Shown one piece after another: positions 9,449 to 18,217 of a stretch of 64,000 nucleotides of DNA. The DNA comes from a virus. The translations under genes and the position numbers were made by a program. The stretch covers positions 32,001 to 96,000 of IMG/VR virus record IMGVR_UViG_3300025133_000027. The stretch is one strand, 5' to 3'. The notes beneath the pieces are model-generated. The model saw only the letters and a list, made by a program, of their open reading frames with translations, was not told where the DNA came from and searched no databases. The first letter of the stretch is position 1, and every line of letters begins with the position of its first letter.

Positions 9449-10617
9449 TAGGTGTCCTTTGGTTCTCTAAACCTCAGACCGACAGGGAACCTTGGGATCT
9501 TATCCTTGGACTTACCAAAGAATTTTACAGTAAGTTGCTTCCCAATAAACTTGTGACCATTTCGGAACCACTGCCCTCTTTGTTCATAGGTTCCCTGTGG
9601 CACGACATAAAACTCCCCACCCTCGGGCGTTTCACACAACCATCGCACACAGCCTTTAAATTTACCTTTACCTTCATCAAAAGCAATCACCTTGAACTCT
9701 TCATCATCAAAAGATTTAACTTTCAAAAGGTAAGGAGATCTATAGCCAAATCTGTATGGACCTCTGGCATCTCTAACAATTGCTCCTTCATAAGAATTCT
9801 TAACATAAAACTCATGTGCAATAATGACATCTTCCTGTTTTTCAACAGGAGTAGAATTGACCATTATAGTATTTTTGAGCTTCTTGTTATCTGCAAAAAA
9901 CGCTCGCAATTCGGCCTCACGCTCTGTCCAGAGCAATCCCATTCTGTCTCGGTCAACTATATCATAGACATGGAATTGAACCCGCTCAGAGCCCTCCTGT
10001 GGCCTTTTAACCAAAGAGGAGAATACTTGAAATTCTTCTCCGTGAATGTATAGTTCACCATCTAGAACTTGGTTGCCAGTAACTGTGAGTTGCAATTCAT
10101 CAGAAATGTGTTTTACACTATATTCATCACCAGAGCGAGACATCATAACGAATTCACCGTTATCGTCCCAAAAAGCAAAGCATCTTACCCCATCTAACTT
10201 TGGCTGAACAGTCGCTGGGTATCGAACATACTTTGTCTTCTTCGCAAAGTCATGCGCAAGCATAGGCCGAATTTTAGTTTCAGTGTCTGCGACCTCTTCG
10301 GACAAAGAGTATTTTCTTTTTAGTTTGTTTTGGAACAAAGCTTCGGCTTCCTTTTCAGCTTGTTCGATTGGTGTTGTAGCATTTACTTTGCCAACATTCT
10401 TAGCCTTAGCCTTCTTTCCGGCAGAGGTTTGTAGTTTACCACCTTTAACCCCGTGTTCGGTAAAGATAATATCTTCCTCAGTGTAAACTCTCCACTGGCG
10501 AATCTCGCCTTTGGAACCTTTGTGGTATAATACGGGTGATTTCATCATTATGTTTCCTATAATAAAAATTGCTAAAATGAAGCAGAAAATGCTTTTAAAA
10601 ACCTTATCAGTCATCAC
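9448..10617 (-). CDS. lig: ATP-dependent DNA ligase with N-terminal WGR-like domain
   Basis: PMLA, QPKLDGVRC (motif I KxDG), LDGELY, FHVYD, EGAIVR, LLKVK, and C-terminal OB domain ending PRFPVG. Confidence 0.9.
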   Translation of the reverse strand: MMTDKVFKSIFCFILAIFIIGNIMMKSPVLYHKGSKGEIRQWRVYTEEDIIFTEHGVKGGKLQTSAGKKAKAKNVGKVNATTPIEQAEKEAEALFQNKLKRKYSLSEEVADTETKIRPMLAHDFAKKTKYVRYPATVQPKLDGVRCFAFWDDNGEFVMMSRSGDEYSVKHISDELQLTVTGNQVLDGELYIHGEEFQVFSSLVKRPQEGSERVQFHVYDIVDRDRMGLLWTEREAELRAFFADNKKLKNTIMVNSTPVEKQEDVIIAHEFYVKNSYEGAIVRDARGPYRFGYRSPYLLKVKSFDDEEFKVIAFDEGKGKFKGCVRWLCETPEGGEFYVVPQGTYEQRGQWFRNGHKFIGKQLTVKFFGKSKDKIPRFPVGLRFREPKDT

Positions 10618-10633
10618 TGCCTCCTACTCTATT

Positions 10634-10662
10634 AGTATACTAAGATCTAATATAAGAGGCAA
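10634..10662 (-). promoter_or_regulatory. sigma70-type promoter TTGCCT-17-TATACT for the ligase operon
   Basis: Plus strand agtata (10634-10639) and aggcaa (10657-10662); AGGAGG SD follows. Confidence 0.6.
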
Positions 10663-10683
10663 TAGAGTCCCAACTTTTTATTT

Positions 10684-11016
10684 TTATTTTCTAATAATAG
10701 GAAACTTTCCTACTATCTCCAACCTATTATCATTCAGAGTGTTTTTAAATCTTTCGAAAGAGATGTATTCTTGGTAACAATATCTTTCTTCTATATCAGC
10801 TTCTTCATCCCAAGCAGAGAAGTGAAGCATGATTGCATTTCGCTTTCTTCTATTAACGACTACCTTATCTAATAATAATATTTTTTTATAACTAAACCAG
10901 AACATAGCCTCATTCGGTTTATCTCGGTATATAGTACCTACCAAAGCCTTAACTTCCTTCTCTCTTAAAAGCTTTTCTGTTTTAGACAAGTTTTTGTAGC
11001 TTTCTACATATTTCAT
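10684..11016 (-). CDS. Hypothetical protein
   Basis: 110 aa, AAAGGAGAA SD upstream, TATAAT at 11045-11050 on the minus strand. Confidence 0.6.
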   Translation of the reverse strand: MKYVESYKNLSKTEKLLREKEVKALVGTIYRDKPNEAMFWFSYKKILLLDKVVVNRRKRNAIMLHFSAWDEEADIEERYCYQEYISFERFKNTLNDNRLEIVGKFPIIRK

Positions 11017-11106
11017 ATCATTCTCCTTTATTTCATCTTCCTTTATTATAGCCTAATAAAAACTTTTTTGCGATGGCCATGCAACCTTTTGACTACTTAT
11101 AGTGTG

Positions 11107-11328
11107 ATGAAGATGTGCATTAAGGTTGGGGCAGTTTACGTTCTTGAATCATGGCAATCAACTATTGTTATCACTGATCTATGTAGTGAAAATATGGTTT
11201 CTTTTCAGGTAGTAAACGGTAGTGATAAGAATAAATATAGTCACACCGTTTCCTGGTTTATTGATGGGATTCACAAAGGTAAATTATTTTTCAAATTTAA
11301 AATGCCAGTTTTTTATTCAACGAAGTAA
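11107..11328 (+). CDS. Hypothetical small beta-rich protein
   Basis: Likely start ATG 11107 just after an ACTACTTATA motif; MKMCIKVGAVYVL N-terminus. Confidence 0.45.
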   Translation: MKMCIKVGAVYVLESWQSTIVITDLCSENMVSFQVVNGSDKNKYSHTVSWFIDGIHKGKLFFKFKMPVFYSTK

Positions 11329-11870
11329 TTTGGTAAATTCCGTACAAGTGTGTCTTCCTTTGGATATAAAAAGCGTTTTTGCAGGATTAGGTTAAAATTT
11401 GATTTCGGATCTACATAATTTAAATTGCTCTTCGCAGCCATGAAGCCTGTCTCACTATACACTAAAAAATAAAATTCATCTATTTTTTCACCTCTATATT
11501 TGGATTCATCAGGGCGGATAAAAGTAAGTAACCTCCCACCGTTATCGAGTCTTAAAATCGTGGCATTGTGTCTATAACTTTTAAATGGAATTAGGAGTTG
11601 TCCTAATAAGCAGTCAATACTTTTTCTAAGATATCTAGCGTATCTGCCAGAAACGAATACGGTCTTTCCATCGAGCAAGCTGGAAGCAATTTTGATTATA
11701 TGAGCAACTTCGAATTCTCTAATGCTTGAATCTCCTAAGATAAGCACCTTACCTTCTTTTTTATTGAGGTAAGTAATATACTCAATCAGCTTCAAGATCG
11801 GTATAGCCTTCTGGAATCTTTCCACTTTAGTCCAGATAGTTAAAGCTTTGAGCATATCATCTCTTTTCAT
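11313..11870 (-). CDS. Hypothetical protein, possibly a degenerate terminase-ATPase-like fragment
   Basis: LRLDNGGRLL...YRGEKIDEFYF resembles the terminase 'LxNGS...RG...D' region; no intact Walker A. Confidence 0.45.
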   Translation of the reverse strand: MKRDDMLKALTIWTKVERFQKAIPILKLIEYITYLNKKEGKVLILGDSSIREFEVAHIIKIASSLLDGKTVFVSGRYARYLRKSIDCLLGQLLIPFKSYRHNATILRLDNGGRLLTFIRPDESKYRGEKIDEFYFLVYSETGFMAAKSNLNYVDPKSNFNLILQKRFLYPKEDTLVRNLPNYFVE

Positions 11871-12130
11871 GGTTTAAATCCTGGCATTATTAGCATTGAT
11901 TCATGAAAAGAAAAAGAACGATCTGCAAAGCTTGATTCTTTTCGGTTTGGTATTCCCGGTAGGTTCCTATATAGTTTTATTACGTCTCGTCTTTCGGTTG
12001 GAAGCATAAGCAAACACTGGAATGTCTTTTGTTTCATTTTGCTTACTCTAACTTCTGTGATAATAAATAAGCCATTTAAGTAGCTTATCGGGTCTCCTTT
12101 TTTAAGTGTCCTTACTTGATTTAAAGTCAT
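11867..12130 (-). CDS. Hypothetical protein
   Basis: 87 aa, AGGAGG SD upstream, coupled to the downstream ORF. Confidence 0.6.
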   Translation of the reverse strand: MTLNQVRTLKKGDPISYLNGLFIITEVRVSKMKQKTFQCLLMLPTERRDVIKLYRNLPGIPNRKESSFADRSFSFHESMLIMPGFKP

Positions 12131-12166
12131 TTTTCCTCCTATTTATTATGACTAAAACTTTTACAT

Positions 12167-12195
12167 ATTATACAATACTATATATTATAGTGCAA
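12167..12195 (-). promoter_or_regulatory. sigma70-type promoter TTGCAC-17-TATAAT
   Basis: Plus strand attata (12167-12172) and gtgcaa (12190-12195). Confidence 0.6.
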
Positions 12196-12225
12196 TGCTG
12201 ACTAAGTCAGGGAATTTATATACGA

Positions 12226-13251
12226 ATGAATTTTAAAATATTAATAGAGTCTGCTGCAACGGTTCCCCTAAAGGGACGACCAGCTCGCGACAATCAAAGA
12301 AGAAGCTTGGCTAACTCACCCGAACCCGAACGTCAAGAAGCCTTGTCTGATGTACAGGCTTTTAATTTTTACTTCTTATCAAACAATTTTGATAGCTTAA
12401 GTGTTTTATTAAATTATGATACAAGGGCTGGCAACGGTAAGACTAGACTAATTCGAGCGCTAGTAACAAAGATCCCACCATTATCCTCAAATAAGATTAT
12501 TAAAAAACTAGGAGCAGGGTCGTTTGGAACGACTTTCTTGTTAGCGAACGATCATGTTCTTAAGTTATTTATGGGGGGCCTTGATGACCATTCGAACTGG
12601 GATGTCGAAGGTGTTCGTGACTTAAATCGATATGAAGAATTAGCGAAGAGTCAGTTTGACAAGAAAGCTTTAAAATCAGATCTGATGATTTATGATTCAG
12701 GTTCTATAAAATTTAAAGGGTCGAGCTCTGGTCCAATAAGATTAATTAACTATGCAGAAATGCAAAAATTAGTGACACTTGTAGAATTTTACAAACTTTG
12801 TATAAAAGATAAAATTACATCTTCAAGACAGAAGATATTTAAAGTAATGCCAAGAAGTTATAATCCTTATGCACCAGAACTGAATAGCGATATTGCTACA
12901 TTGAAAGACTTAGCAAGAATACTTTATTACAAGAAAAAAACAAGAAATACTGAGGAATTTAATGAGGAAATAAGAAGACATAGCCAGTGGGGATTCTATG
13001 CTGACCAAGCACTTTATTCCATAGTTAGAAAAAAGGGCACACTAGAGGTCGTTAGAACACATTACTTAGAACGCAATTTAACTGAAATTCTTGGTAGTAT
13101 GAAGATTCTTTCTGTTGAGTTTGGAAAGATTCTTCTAGTTCAAATGGTAAAGGTTTCCAAAACTAACCTCATGAACCTCAGAGATGTTCGTCCATTAAAC
13201 ATTGGTATCCTTCCTCAAGATAGCTTCACCCCCGTATTATATGATTACTAG
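12226..13251 (+). CDS. Divergent minimal kinase-like protein (paralog 5)
   Basis: KIPPLSSNKIIKKLGAGSFGTTFLLANDHVLKL, DVRPLNIG, ends VLYDY. Confidence 0.7.
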   Translation: MNFKILIESAATVPLKGRPARDNQRRSLANSPEPERQEALSDVQAFNFYFLSNNFDSLSVLLNYDTRAGNGKTRLIRALVTKIPPLSSNKIIKKLGAGSFGTTFLLANDHVLKLFMGGLDDHSNWDVEGVRDLNRYEELAKSQFDKKALKSDLMIYDSGSIKFKGSSSGPIRLINYAEMQKLVTLVEFYKLCIKDKITSSRQKIFKVMPRSYNPYAPELNSDIATLKDLARILYYKKKTRNTEEFNEEIRRHSQWGFYADQALYSIVRKKGTLEVVRTHYLERNLTEILGSMKILSVEFGKILLVQMVKVSKTNLMNLRDVRPLNIGILPQDSFTPVLYDY

Positions 13252-13260
13252 GAGATAATA

Positions 13261-13458
13261 ATGGATTTAATTGATGACCCCTATTTTACAATAACAGAGT
13301 TAGAAGCACAAGTTTCTTTACTACGCGAAGAAAACGAATCACTCTGGTTTATGATTGAAGAACTTAAAAAATCAGAAGTAAAAGAACACAAAGAATTGAT
13401 AGAAAAAGAAACTAACAGAGTTTTAAAATCTGTAACTCTGAAGAAAGCTGAGGCTTGA
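13261..13458 (+). CDS. Small coiled-coil hypothetical protein
   Basis: 65 aa, GGAG SD, heptad-like LEAQVSLLREENESL. Confidence 0.6.
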   Translation: MDLIDDPYFTITELEAQVSLLREENESLWFMIEELKKSEVKEHKELIEKETNRVLKSVTLKKAEA

Positions 13459-14471
13459 TGGACTACTTTAAAATAAAAATAAAAACCTCGGATGAAAAGA
13501 TTCAAGTTGTAAAGCGCAATGGGGAATATCTTATATTATTCAACGGTAAAATATTGTCAAAATCTACAACAATTTCAAGTGCTTTGGTCAAAAAAGCAGC
13601 ATACGAAGTAATGTCAGATGCAGAACTTAACTCTAGTAAATTATTCGAAGTACATGATTATTTTAGAAGAAGCTCCAAAAGTAGTGGAAGAAAAGATAGT
13701 TTCGGCCACAATTCAATGAACTACGTTACAAAAGAAAACCCAGAGTCTTCAAGAGAATTAATTAAATTTATGATCAAATCTTACGATCGAGAGTTTGGGA
13801 CAACATATATAAGATTTATTGACGATCTAGATTCTTTTATCGAATTCTTAGGAAAAAAAGGCAGGCATAAAATTCCTGGTAAAGAGCATAGCGCGACGAA
13901 TATTGAATCTTATCTTGAAGGTGGATTTACAGGAACTTCAGAAGTGTTTCATGCTCTTGCTCATGAAAGTTTAAAACAAGGAATTTACAAGAAATTTAAT
14001 ATGTCAGAAGATCCTTCACATTATACAATTACTGATATTATCAATGAAATTATTGTTGTTTATATTCAATCAGGAATAACAGATTCAAAGAACTTTTTTG
14101 AATTTGAAGAATATCTTGTTAATGGGTTTGAAGAACTTGGACTAGATGTCAGGGAGAAAGTTCCATCAAGAGAGACAGTACAAGAACTTGCTACGATCTT
14201 TAAAAGTGATACTGATTTATCAGAACCATATAAAAAAGTCATTAATGCTTCTCTTTATAAACTATTTATTGATGTTAAAAGAATGAAATTGATAAGAAAA
14301 GCAGTTATAGATAAATTTTTATCAATCTTTACGAAAACATTTACAAGAGACGGGAACCCAATGGATCTTGTTGATGAGGAATATGCTACAAAATTATCTC
14401 GCTGGATTAGAAATACTGAAAGAAAAGCTAAGATATTAAAAAATAAAAGTAATTATATTAGGACGGATTAA
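13455..14471 (+). CDS. Hypothetical protein
   Basis: 338-aa ORF coupled to both neighbours; no family recognised. Confidence 0.6.
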   Translation: MMDYFKIKIKTSDEKIQVVKRNGEYLILFNGKILSKSTTISSALVKKAAYEVMSDAELNSSKLFEVHDYFRRSSKSSGRKDSFGHNSMNYVTKENPESSRELIKFMIKSYDREFGTTYIRFIDDLDSFIEFLGKKGRHKIPGKEHSATNIESYLEGGFTGTSEVFHALAHESLKQGIYKKFNMSEDPSHYTITDIINEIIVVYIQSGITDSKNFFEFEEYLVNGFEELGLDVREKVPSRETVQELATIFKSDTDLSEPYKKVINASLYKLFIDVKRMKLIRKAVIDKFLSIFTKTFTRDGNPMDLVDEEYATKLSRWIRNTERKAKILKNKSNYIRTD

Positions 14472-14473
14472 AT

Positions 14474-15457
14474 ATGAAAAACACAGAAACTATCGATCAA
14501 TTTTTAAAACCATTTAGGCTACTATCAGAAGCCTTTGGTTCTGGCATAATTCAGACAATGAGAGTTTTTGACTTTGATGACACACTTGCTGAAACCGAAG
14601 CCAACGTTATTATTATGCGCCCTCCAAACTATGAAGAAGAAGAGATGAGCCCTGCTGATTTTGCAGTATATGAGCCACGTTCTGAACCTCATCCCGAAAA
14701 AGAGCGTATGGGCATTAATTCACTTGGTGAAGAATTTGATTTCCGAGAATTTGATCAAATTCTAAATCCAGTCAAAATTAAACACGTCACAGCCATCTTT
14801 AAAAGGCTGATTGCTGCTGGTGAGGAAGGTCGGTATGTCTCAATTCTTACAGCAAGAGGACCAGCCGTACAAGAGCATATCCGAGGGTATCTGATGGCTA
14901 TCTGTGAGGATGTTGGGCTCGATCCCTCTCCAATTGAGAAAATGGATATTGTCTGTCTTGGAAGCTCAGATCCGATGAAGAAGGCTGTTTGGATTGTGAA
15001 ACAAGCCAGGAATCATCCCGAGGTTAAACTTATAGAATTCTTTGATGACTCTCCTAAGAACCGTGACAAAGCTATGGAAGTAATTCCAAAAGCTCTTCCC
15101 GGTGTTGAAGTAAAAGTGTTTGACCCTGTTGATCTTGAAGGAAAGGTCCCTTCTTTTGTTCACAATGACATATATAGCGAAGCTAAGGAGCGACTTGATA
15201 AGGAAAAAATGAAGTGTAACACACCTAAAAGAACCCCAAGTCATCCAACTAAATCACATGTTGTAAAAGCTTGCGAAAATGGTAAGGAAAAAATAATTCG
15301 ATTTGGAGAGCAAGGTGCTTCTACCGCTGGCAAACCTAAAAAAGGTGAATCTGCTAAAATGAAGGCAAAGCGTGCGAGCTTTAAGTCTAGACATGGTAAG
15401 AATATAGCAAAAGGTAAAATGAGCGCTGCTTACTGGGCAGATAAGGTCAAGTGGTAA
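14474..15457 (+). CDS. HAD-superfamily phosphatase fused to a basic C-terminal phage domain
   Basis: VFDFDDTL (DxDxT), ILTAR, K, FFDDS motifs; C-terminal KIIRFG...FKSRH...SAAYWA domain. Confidence 0.75.
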   Translation: MKNTETIDQFLKPFRLLSEAFGSGIIQTMRVFDFDDTLAETEANVIIMRPPNYEEEEMSPADFAVYEPRSEPHPEKERMGINSLGEEFDFREFDQILNPVKIKHVTAIFKRLIAAGEEGRYVSILTARGPAVQEHIRGYLMAICEDVGLDPSPIEKMDIVCLGSSDPMKKAVWIVKQARNHPEVKLIEFFDDSPKNRDKAMEVIPKALPGVEVKVFDPVDLEGKVPSFVHNDIYSEAKERLDKEKMKCNTPKRTPSHPTKSHVVKACENGKEKIIRFGEQGASTAGKPKKGESAKMKAKRASFKSRHGKNIAKGKMSAAYWADKVKW

Positions 15458-15458
15458 T

Positions 15459-15911
15459 ATGTTAATGTTTATAAATGTTATTATCAGCATCGTTGCACTA
15501 CCAATCCTTCTAATCTTTGGGAAACCAAAAAAGGTAAGATTCGCAAAGCATTACTTATCTCCAAGATTAAATAAGAGATTTAGAATCTGCAAGTGGACTC
15601 CAGTATTAGAACTGGAATCAAGAGACTGGTTCGCAAGAATCCAAGGAAACTCTCACATTGCAGCAAACGCTGTCTTATGCTTTATGATTTACCGTAAAGA
15701 GTTCAAAGATAATTCAAAGACACTTATGCACGAGACAATTCACATTATTCAACAGTCATACTTCACACCAATCTTAGTTGGTCTAGTTTATGCGATTGAT
15801 GTGTTTATCTTCCTTCCTTTCCAACAGTGGTATCCTGAAAATTATATCATGAAAATCTCAGTTATTGAGAGACTAGCTTACGATCTAGCTGAGGAAAAAG
15901 ACAATGGATAA
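15459..15911 (+). CDS. Membrane-anchored HExxH (zincin-like) protein
   Basis: Hydrophobic N-terminus, LMHETIHIIQQ, distal ERLAY. Confidence 0.55.
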   Translation: MLMFINVIISIVALPILLIFGKPKKVRFAKHYLSPRLNKRFRICKWTPVLELESRDWFARIQGNSHIAANAVLCFMIYRKEFKDNSKTLMHETIHIIQQSYFTPILVGLVYAIDVFIFLPFQQWYPENYIMKISVIERLAYDLAEEKDNG

Positions 15912-17529
15912 GAAAGATTTCACAAGATTTATTGACAAACCAGAAGCTGCAAAGGTTGATGGTGTTCGCTTAACAGAGAACTTTTTTAAGATCCTTAGAG
16001 AAGGAAAAAGCAATCGTATGATGATTGCTGGCGATAGTCAAGTATATCATACAGGCGGAAGTTTAAAGAGAAAACTAGATGCAAAGGGTTATAACGCTTT
16101 TTTGAATTTTAAAAGTGGAGAATCTACTGGAATGACTATCGTTCGACTTTCAAAGGGAAAGAGTATTAGCCTATCGTTAGTGGTTATTTTAACTGGTGGC
16201 AATAATCCAAGTGCAGCTTATACAGCTAAGAGATTACCAAGGTTAGTTAAAGTAATAAATGATAAATTTGATAACCCAGAGATTATCTTTGGTTTAACAC
16301 CTCCTCTTACTGGAAGGATGGTTCCATATCATGAAGATATGCAGAACAAGAGACAGGAGATTGCTTCAACGATAGCAAACTTTTGTAAAGAAAATAGTAT
16401 TAACTTCTTTGACCCACGTTCATTTATGAAGGATCCCGCATCTATTACTGGCGGTGACGGCCTCCATGTTCAAGGTGCCAATGCAGATAGGTTCGCAAGT
16501 GGAATTCTCAGCGCTGCATCTTTTGGTGATGCTACGAGAGGAGAAAGTGTTGAAGATGATACTTCGAAAAGTACAGAAGACCGAGGACTTGAGCGGTTAA
16601 GGTTAAATGATAGACAACTTATGGGTCTTAATTTTGGTGATAAATTGAGATACGCAAAAGCTAGAGCTAGGAAGTGTGATGCCGCAGGTTATCTTGGTTT
16701 TGGTTCTAATGGGCCAGAGATTCTAAGATTAAAAAAATCGCTCTCAAAATTAGGCTATAATCTCGACACCAGTAACGATTCTTTCGACACTGATTTCCTT
16801 GCGAACGTAGTTGCCTTCCAGAAACACAATGGTTTAAGGCAGGACGGCTGTGTTGGACCAAGCACGGCTGATTGGATCTTGGAGAAAGCTAAAAAAGCTT
16901 CTGAAAAGAAAGATCCAAATGCTTCACCAGATTCAAAACCAAAACATAGTAGCTTACGTAAGAATGAAATTACTGATATGATTTATAGAAAATATGCTAA
17001 AGCTGGCCTAAACAAAAATATTGCAGCGGCTGCAATCATAAACAGTCTCGCAGAATCAGGTTTAAAATATTATTTAGTTGGTGATGGTGGCAATAGTGTT
17101 GGGTTATTTCAACTCCACAGGGGGAGTAAGAGTAGACCCTTTTGGAAAAGTGCAGGTTTAGATCCAGACATTGCATACGATACCCGTAAACAGTTTAGAG
17201 AATTATGTAAAAGTCAAAATCTACCACCGGGAGGGTATAAATGCTCGGTTAGGGCTTCGGGAATGAAAGAGTTCGCCCGCAAAAGAGAACGTGCTGGTGA
17301 TTGGAGATTCAACCCGGAAAGAAACACAGAAGCAATTATTAATATTGAAGTCAAAAGAGGGGCTGGTAGAAAACTGAGATCTGCTGACAGAGCTGGTGCA
17401 TCAATTCCTGAGCTTGCTGCTATATTTTGTAGGGATATTGAACGACCTGCAAATAAGAGTAAGGGAATGCGGAAGCGACGAAAAATAGCAACAAAAAAAT
17501 TTGGAAACAGAAGATTACCTGACAGTTAA
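15904..17529 (+). CDS. SGNH/GDSL hydrolase + peptidoglycan-binding domain + phage tail lysozyme-like domain
   Basis: IAGDS, GGNN, DGLH (SGNH); LGFGSNG...FQKHNGLRQDGCVGPST (PGBD); AAAIINSLAESGL...GDGGNSVGLFQLH...DIERPA (lysozyme-like). Confidence 0.75.
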   Translation: MDKKDFTRFIDKPEAAKVDGVRLTENFFKILREGKSNRMMIAGDSQVYHTGGSLKRKLDAKGYNAFLNFKSGESTGMTIVRLSKGKSISLSLVVILTGGNNPSAAYTAKRLPRLVKVINDKFDNPEIIFGLTPPLTGRMVPYHEDMQNKRQEIASTIANFCKENSINFFDPRSFMKDPASITGGDGLHVQGANADRFASGILSAASFGDATRGESVEDDTSKSTEDRGLERLRLNDRQLMGLNFGDKLRYAKARARKCDAAGYLGFGSNGPEILRLKKSLSKLGYNLDTSNDSFDTDFLANVVAFQKHNGLRQDGCVGPSTADWILEKAKKASEKKDPNASPDSKPKHSSLRKNEITDMIYRKYAKAGLNKNIAAAAIINSLAESGLKYYLVGDGGNSVGLFQLHRGSKSRPFWKSAGLDPDIAYDTRKQFRELCKSQNLPPGGYKCSVRASGMKEFARKRERAGDWRFNPERNTEAIINIEVKRGAGRKLRSADRAGASIPELAAIFCRDIERPANKSKGMRKRRKIATKKFGNRRLPDS

Positions 17530-17561
17530 TTAAAAAGTTTTAATATAAGGATTTAAATAAA

Positions 17562-18212
17562 ATGAATGCAAATGAATATAACAGAAAAAGGCTTAGAAGC
17601 GGAGATATTCCAGATAGTGTAATAACTAAGATGGTAGAGCTTTGGCAAGAAGAGCACGGTCTTGATGTCGATGGTAAGCTTGGCCCGATAACTTTAAAAT
17701 CAATTGGAGCCGAGACAACTTTCGAACCTGATTGGACTACTGATTCTAAGAGAAAGTGGGCAGAAGAACTTTACGGAGCATTCCGCTTTAAGAGCCAACC
17801 TAACGGTAGAATCGTAATTTCATCAACATGGGTCAGAGAAAACATTGTAAGAGTAGAATTACATAACGGAAAGAAGGTTCGCATCAATAAGAAGATTGCA
17901 GAACACTTCAAGACTACTTTTAAAGAAGCATGTGAGAAATCTGGCTATACACCAAATTCTGTTCAAACATTTGTCCCGAGACACACCCTCTGGAATACTA
18001 GCAAATCAGTAAGTGCTCATAGTTGGGGTTGTGCTGTGGACTTTGATCCTCCAAAAAACCCAATGGGCGGAAAAATCAAGAAAACAGGCAGGCCTTCTCT
18101 TCTCAGAACACATCCAGAATTTGTCAAGGTTTTCAAGGATGCTGGCTGGACTTGGGGCGGTGATTGGCGCATGAAAGACGATATGCATTTCGAACTCAGG
18201 AAGGAGCTTTAA
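17562..18212 (+). CDS. Endolysin-like: PG-binding domain + M15 family peptidase
   Basis: WQEEHGLDVDGKLGPIT; SAHSWGCAVD; WGGDW...DDMHFE. Confidence 0.85.
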   Translation: MNANEYNRKRLRSGDIPDSVITKMVELWQEEHGLDVDGKLGPITLKSIGAETTFEPDWTTDSKRKWAEELYGAFRFKSQPNGRIVISSTWVRENIVRVELHNGKKVRINKKIAEHFKTTFKEACEKSGYTPNSVQTFVPRHTLWNTSKSVSAHSWGCAVDFDPPKNPMGGKIKKTGRPSLLRTHPEFVKVFKDAGWTWGGDWRMKDDMHFELRKEL

Positions 18213-18217
18213 GATCC

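Noticed and set aside
9535-10053. 172-aa plus-strand ORF and the many other short antisense or alternate-frame ORFs in the track
   Set aside because: They lie within well-supported genes, lack SD sequences and recognisable motifs, and look like shadow ORFs.
2010-13251. TAG stop-codon reassignment or readthrough explaining the truncated kinases
   Set aside because: Paralog 1 ends at the same FDN position with TAA, readthrough at 3637 hits TAA within four codons, and long genes are intact in code 11.
13455-13560. ATP-cone domain (IQVVKRNG)
   Set aside because: Only the first few residues match; the rest of the cone pattern is absent.
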